Shown here: positions 55,488 through 59,126 of the stretch, in pieces
How the letters are laid out: each line of letters opens with the position of its first letter
Numbering within the stretch: the first letter of the stretch is position 1
Source of the DNA: an uncultured Oscillospiraceae bacterium
GTDB taxonomy: Bacteria; Bacillota; Clostridia; Oscillospirales; Oscillospiraceae
NCBI GenBank assembly: GCA_944385785.1
Contig: CALWYO010000032.1
Coordinates: forward strand, 1-59,126
DNA: 59,126 bases
Direction: 5' to 3'
Translations under genes and position numbers: made by a program
The notes under the pieces: model-generated
Told to the model about the DNA's origin: nothing
Database searches by the model: none
The model's input: only the letters and a program-made list of their open reading frames with translations

Positions 55488-56393
55488 ATGGATAATTTTG
55501 TCTCACTTGTAAAAGAGGCCGCCGGAAAAGATCCGGGTATGTGTATACTTGAAGATGTAAAGATGAAAGACTACACCACTTTCAAAATAGGCGGTCCGGT
55601 GAGACTAATGGTGTTCCCAGAGAATACAGACCAGCTGGAGCAGTTTATCCGGATGTGTGACTGTTATGGAGTAGAGAGGTTGGTTATCGGCAATGGATCG
55701 AATCTGCTTGTCTCTGACAGGGAACATGATATTGCAGTTATAAATATGTGCCGTATGGACAAAGTGAAGGTGGATGACACAATTATTACCGCTGAGGCAG
55801 GAGCAAAGCTTTCAAAGATTGCCGCATATGCACAGAAAAGCGGACTCTCAGGCTTTGAATTTGCCTCAGGAATACCTGGCACAATGGGTGGCGCAGTTAT
55901 AATGAATGCCGGCGCTTATGGCGGAGAGATCAAAGATGTTGTCGTCACTGTAAAGGTGATGGAAGAAGGCCGAGCGGTGAAATCCTATAATAATAATGAA
56001 TGCGATTTCAGATACCGGCATAGCAAGTTTGATGAAAATGATATAGTTCTCTCTGCTGCTATCCGGCTAAAACATGAAGAACCGGAAAAAATACGGTCCA
56101 GAATGGAGGAACTTGCCGCCAGACGAAGGGAAAAACAGCCGATAGCTATGCCATCGGCCGGAAGTACGTTTAAGAGACCGGAGAGAGGATACGCTGCCGC
56201 GCTCATTGAGGAATCGGGACTTAAAGGATTTGCCATTGGCGGAGCCAAGGTATCTGAAAAACATTCGGGGTTTATAGTCAATACAGGTGGAGCTTCTTTT
56301 GATGATGTTTTGAGCTTAATCGATTATGTGAAGAAGACTGTTTTTAATAAAACAGGGGTGGTTTTATCACCTGAGGTAAAGATAATCCGCTAA
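55488..56393 (+). CDS. murB: UDP-N-acetylenolpyruvoylglucosamine reductase
   Basis: YTTFKIGGPVR..IGNGSNLLV..GIPGTMGGAVIMNAGAYG..AGSTFKRP..SEKHSGFIVN. Confidence 0.92.
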   Translation: MDNFVSLVKEAAGKDPGMCILEDVKMKDYTTFKIGGPVRLMVFPENTDQLEQFIRMCDCYGVERLVIGNGSNLLVSDREHDIAVINMCRMDKVKVDDTIITAEAGAKLSKIAAYAQKSGLSGFEFASGIPGTMGGAVIMNAGAYGGEIKDVVVTVKVMEEGRAVKSYNNNECDFRYRHSKFDENDIVLSAAIRLKHEEPEKIRSRMEELAARRREKQPIAMPSAGSTFKRPERGYAAALIEESGLKGFAIGGAKVSEKHSGFIVNTGGASFDDVLSLIDYVKKTVFNKTGVVLSPEVKIIR

Positions 56394-56411
56394 AGAAAGA
56401 GATGACAGGCT

Positions 56412-57269
56412 GTGGAGATACTTATAATATCTGGGCTTTCAGGAGCTGGAAAAAGCCGAGTAGCTGCGGCATTAGAGGATTTGGACTTTTACTGTGTGGA
56501 TAATATGCCTGTATCATTGATACCAAAGTTCGCCGAGCTTTGCGCCGCAACAAGGGGCCGATATGAAAGGGTTGCCCTTGTTACTGATGTCAGAAGCAGG
56601 GAGAGCTTTGACGAGCTGTTTGAAGCTTTGGATGAGCTTATGGCACTGGGGTTTGAATATAAGATACTCTATGTCGATGCAACTGTAGAGACAATTGTTA
56701 AACGCTATAAAGAAACTCGCCGCAGACATCCCTTAGATGGGGAGAGCGGTGGACTTGAGCAGGCTGTAAGAAAAGAGATAAAAATACTTGAGCCGGTAAG
56801 AAGAAGGGCTGATTACACTATCGATACTTCCGGACTTACCCTTGGCAGATTGCAAAGGACGCTTTTCCGTATGTTTGGAGCCGGTGGTGAGGATAGGATG
56901 CGCGTAAGCGTAATGTCTTTTGGATTCAAGTACGGAATACCTATTGAGGCAGATATAGTATTTGACGTCCGGTTTCTGCCGAATCCATTTTATGTTCCTG
57001 AATTAATGGAAAAAAGCGGCCTTGAGAAAGACGTTGCCGACTATGTTCTCAGCTCCGAACAGGCTAACAAGTTTATGGATAAGTTTCGCGACCTTATTGA
57101 TTTTTTGCTTCCGAACTATGAAGAGGAGGGAAAGACTTCGCTTACCATATGTATTGGTTGCACAGGCGGACGCCATCGGTCGGTGGCAGTTACGGAGTCT
57201 CTGGCAAAGTATTTGGCAGATAAAGGGCATGAGACGGAATGTATACACAGAGATATTGACAAGGTCTGA
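56412..57269 (+). CDS. rapZ: RNase adapter / nucleotide-binding protein RapZ (YvcJ)
   Basis: ILIISGLSGAGKS..FYCVDNMP..FGFKYGIP..DVRFLPNPFY..IGCTGGRHRSVA. GTG start. Confidence 0.9.
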   Translation: MEILIISGLSGAGKSRVAAALEDLDFYCVDNMPVSLIPKFAELCAATRGRYERVALVTDVRSRESFDELFEALDELMALGFEYKILYVDATVETIVKRYKETRRRHPLDGESGGLEQAVRKEIKILEPVRRRADYTIDTSGLTLGRLQRTLFRMFGAGGEDRMRVSVMSFGFKYGIPIEADIVFDVRFLPNPFYVPELMEKSGLEKDVADYVLSSEQANKFMDKFRDLIDFLLPNYEEEGKTSLTICIGCTGGRHRSVAVTESLAKYLADKGHETECIHRDIDKV

Positions 57270-57311
57270 GCTGCTAAGGGACGGCCAGGCTTTCAAAAGG
57301 AGGGAAACGGA

Positions 57312-58217
57312 TTGTCGTTTTCGTCAGAAGTTAAGGCTGAACTCTGCCGTTCTGATATGGGCACAAGAGCTTGTGCGATTGCAGAGTGTTATGGCGTATT
57401 ACTTTTCTGCAATATGTTTACTGCCAATGAGATAAAAATAGTTACTGGATCCAATGATTTTGCGGCGAGACTGCCCAAACTGTTTGAAAGAGCTTTTGAC
57501 ATAACATTTGATGTATTGCCTTCAAAGGCTGATAGTGGAAGACACATATTATTGATTAAAGATACCGATAAAATTTCCAGAGTGCTGGAAGCCTTTGGAT
57601 ACGATCCGAAAGGCGTAGTTGCCCATCATGTCAATCTTGGCATATTGGAAGAAGATGACTGCAGAGAGAGCTTTGTCCGAGGGGCTTTCCTTGCTGGCGG
57701 CAGTATTACTGACCCTGAGAAGAGATATCATCTGGAGCTTGTTACTGATCATTACAGAGTCAGCAGGGAGATAACTGCTCTTTTTGTAGATATGGGATTT
57801 GAACCGCGGTGCGTAGTGCGCGGTGGGAACTACATAATGTATTTTAAGCAAAGCTCTGTGATTGAAGATTTACTCACCACCATAGGTGCACCTGTTTCTG
57901 CAATGGGGGTAATGTCGGCAAAGATAGAAAAAGACATGACAAACACGGTGAATAGAAAGGTGAACTGCGATACGGCAAATGTGACAAAGACTGTAGAGGC
58001 TTCAGCGGCGCAGATGGCTGCCATAAAAAAACTTAGAGAACATATGGCCTTTGACGAGTTGCCAGAAAGATTGCGTGATACTGCATTACTACGCGAGAAG
58101 TATCCGGAACTGGCGCTTTCTGAACTGGCAAAGGTAGCAGTACCTCCCGTAACAAAGTCCTGCCTTAATCATCGGTTGAGAAAACTTGTGGAAGTATCTG
58201 AAAAACTGGGCAGATAA
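57312..58217 (+). CDS. whiA: DNA-binding sporulation/cell-division regulator WhiA
   Basis: MSFSSEVKAEL.., a LAGLIDADG-like middle domain (VRGAFLAGGSITDP) and a C-terminal HTH (..SCLNHRLRKL). TTG start with GGAGGG. Confidence 0.9.
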   Translation: MSFSSEVKAELCRSDMGTRACAIAECYGVLLFCNMFTANEIKIVTGSNDFAARLPKLFERAFDITFDVLPSKADSGRHILLIKDTDKISRVLEAFGYDPKGVVAHHVNLGILEEDDCRESFVRGAFLAGGSITDPEKRYHLELVTDHYRVSREITALFVDMGFEPRCVVRGGNYIMYFKQSSVIEDLLTTIGAPVSAMGVMSAKIEKDMTNTVNRKVNCDTANVTKTVEASAAQMAAIKKLREHMAFDELPERLRDTALLREKYPELALSELAKVAVPPVTKSCLNHRLRKLVEVSEKLGR

Positions 58218-58250
58218 TGCGCGGGCCAGTGTCCGCGCATTATCTGTTTT
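58211..58250 (+). terminator. Terminator hairpin after whiA
   Basis: cagataatgcgcgg-gccagtgt-ccgcgcattatctg followed by TTTT. Confidence 0.7.
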
Positions 58251-58278
58251 ACCTAAAATTAATTGGGAGATATAGAGA

Positions 58279-59126
58279 ATGGCATTCACACATCTTCATG
58301 TACACAGCGAATACAGCCTACTTGACGGCGCTTGCAGGATAAAGGATTTGCCTGCCAGAGCTAAGGAGATGGGTCAGACGTCGTTGGCCATTACTGACCA
58401 CGGCGCCATGTACGGCGCCATAGCCTTTTATAAAGAGTGCCTGAAAGAGGGAATTAAACCGATAATCGGCTGCGAGGTGTATGTTGCGCCAAGGAATAGA
58501 TTCCAAAAAGAACATGGTGCTGACAGTGAGCGGTATCATCTCATTCTGCTCTGTAAAAATGAGACAGGCTATAGAAACTTGTGCTACATGGTGAGTATGG
58601 CATTTGTAGAAGGATTCTATGTGAAGCCAAGAGTCGATATGGACTTGCTCAGAGAACATTCAGAGGGACTGATAGCACTTTCTGCGTGTATTCAGGGCAT
58701 AGTACCTAAACTTATAATAGATGGAAGATATGACGAGGCAAAGAATAAAGCCTTGGAGATGCTAAACATTTTTGGAGAAGGAAACTATTACCTTGAGCTC
58801 CAGGACCACGGTATACCCGAGGAAAAAGTTGCGGCAAATGGGCTTATAAAGTTAAGTGAAGAGACAGGCATACCTCTTGTTGTTACCAACGACGCTCACT
58901 ATTTAAGAAGGACTGACGCACAGGCACAGGATGTGCTTATGTGTATACAGACAGGGAAAACCGTGGAAGAGGACGACAGAATGAAGTTCCACGGCAGCGA
59001 ACTATATCTGAAGACCGAGGCGGAGATGCGAGTGCTCTTCCCATACGTACCAGAAGCTGCGGATAACACCGAGAAAATTGCGGAAATGTGTAATCTGGAA
59101 TTTGAATTTGGCCATTACCACTTGCC
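58279..59126 (+). CDS. dnaE: DNA polymerase III alpha subunit (PHP domain N-terminus); 3'-truncated by the window end
   Basis: My own translation gives MAFTHLHVHSEYSLLDGACRIKDLPARAKEMGQTSLAITDHGAMYGAIAFYKECLKEGIKPIIGCEVYV..YYLELQDHG.. The frame stays open to the window edge. GGGAG RBS. Confidence 0.88.
   Translation, partial: MAFTHLHVHSEYSLLDGACRIKDLPARAKEMGQTSLAITDHGAMYGAIAFYKECLKEGIKPIIGCEVYVAPRNRFQKEHGADSERYHLILLCKNETGYRNLCYMVSMAFVEGFYVKPRVDMDLLREHSEGLIALSACIQGIVPKLIIDGRYDEAKNKALEMLNIFGEGNYYLELQDHGIPEEKVAANGLIKLSEETGIPLVVTNDAHYLRRTDAQAQDVLMCIQTGKTVEEDDRMKFHGSELYLKTEAEMRVLFPYVPEAADNTEKIAEMCNLEFEFGHYHL

Noticed and set aside
58318-58659. 113-aa minus-strand ORF at the right edge
   Set aside because: It is antisense to the dnaE PHP-domain coding sequence, which translates cleanly from 58279 to the window end.

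Overview
This is a 59-kb chromosomal window from a Firmicute, probably Clostridia-like. That call is inferred from the T-box leader, the hprK/rapZ/whiA genes, a PASTA-domain class B PBP and a Spo0A_C-like fragment. The content is almost entirely core housekeeping, densely packed on both strands and punctuated by clear stem-loop terminators.

Left to right, the window contains:
- a disrupted Spo0A_C-like ORF at the window edge
- a five-tRNA operon (Gly-Arg-His-Gln-Lys, minus strand)
- tag, ppk and pfk
- thiamine diphosphokinase
- an xpaC / telA / lemA-like / TPM envelope-stress operon
- rpe-recR and cls
- a Tyr-specific T-box leader in front of a sodium:solute symporter
- mutS2, an HPr-like protein lacking His15, uvrC, rsmD and coaD
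- a reduced dcw cluster: mraZ-rsmH-ftsL-PBP-murE-mraY-ftsW-murG-murA-ftsQ-ftsZ
- a zinc-ribbon / membrane J-protein / short Hsp70 module
- a divergent hxlR and flavin reductase pair
- potABCD, rluA-family, rpmB, yccF, der, DUF512 and yceD-rpmF
- hprK-murB-rapZ-whiA and the 5' end of dnaE

I found no CRISPR array, transposase, integrase or recognisable defence gene.

The items most worth follow-up are:
- the membrane-tethered Hsp70 module after ftsZ
- the Tyr T-box controlling an SSF transporter
- the Ser46-only (Crh-like) HPr
- two orphan non-coding units: a promoter plus terminator leader at about 3039-3277, and a stand-alone minus-strand terminator unit at about 17801-18190
- the translationally coupled telA-lemA-like-TPM operon, whose TPM protein ends in an RGG tail

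All family assignments come from reading motifs in the translations. No database search was run.
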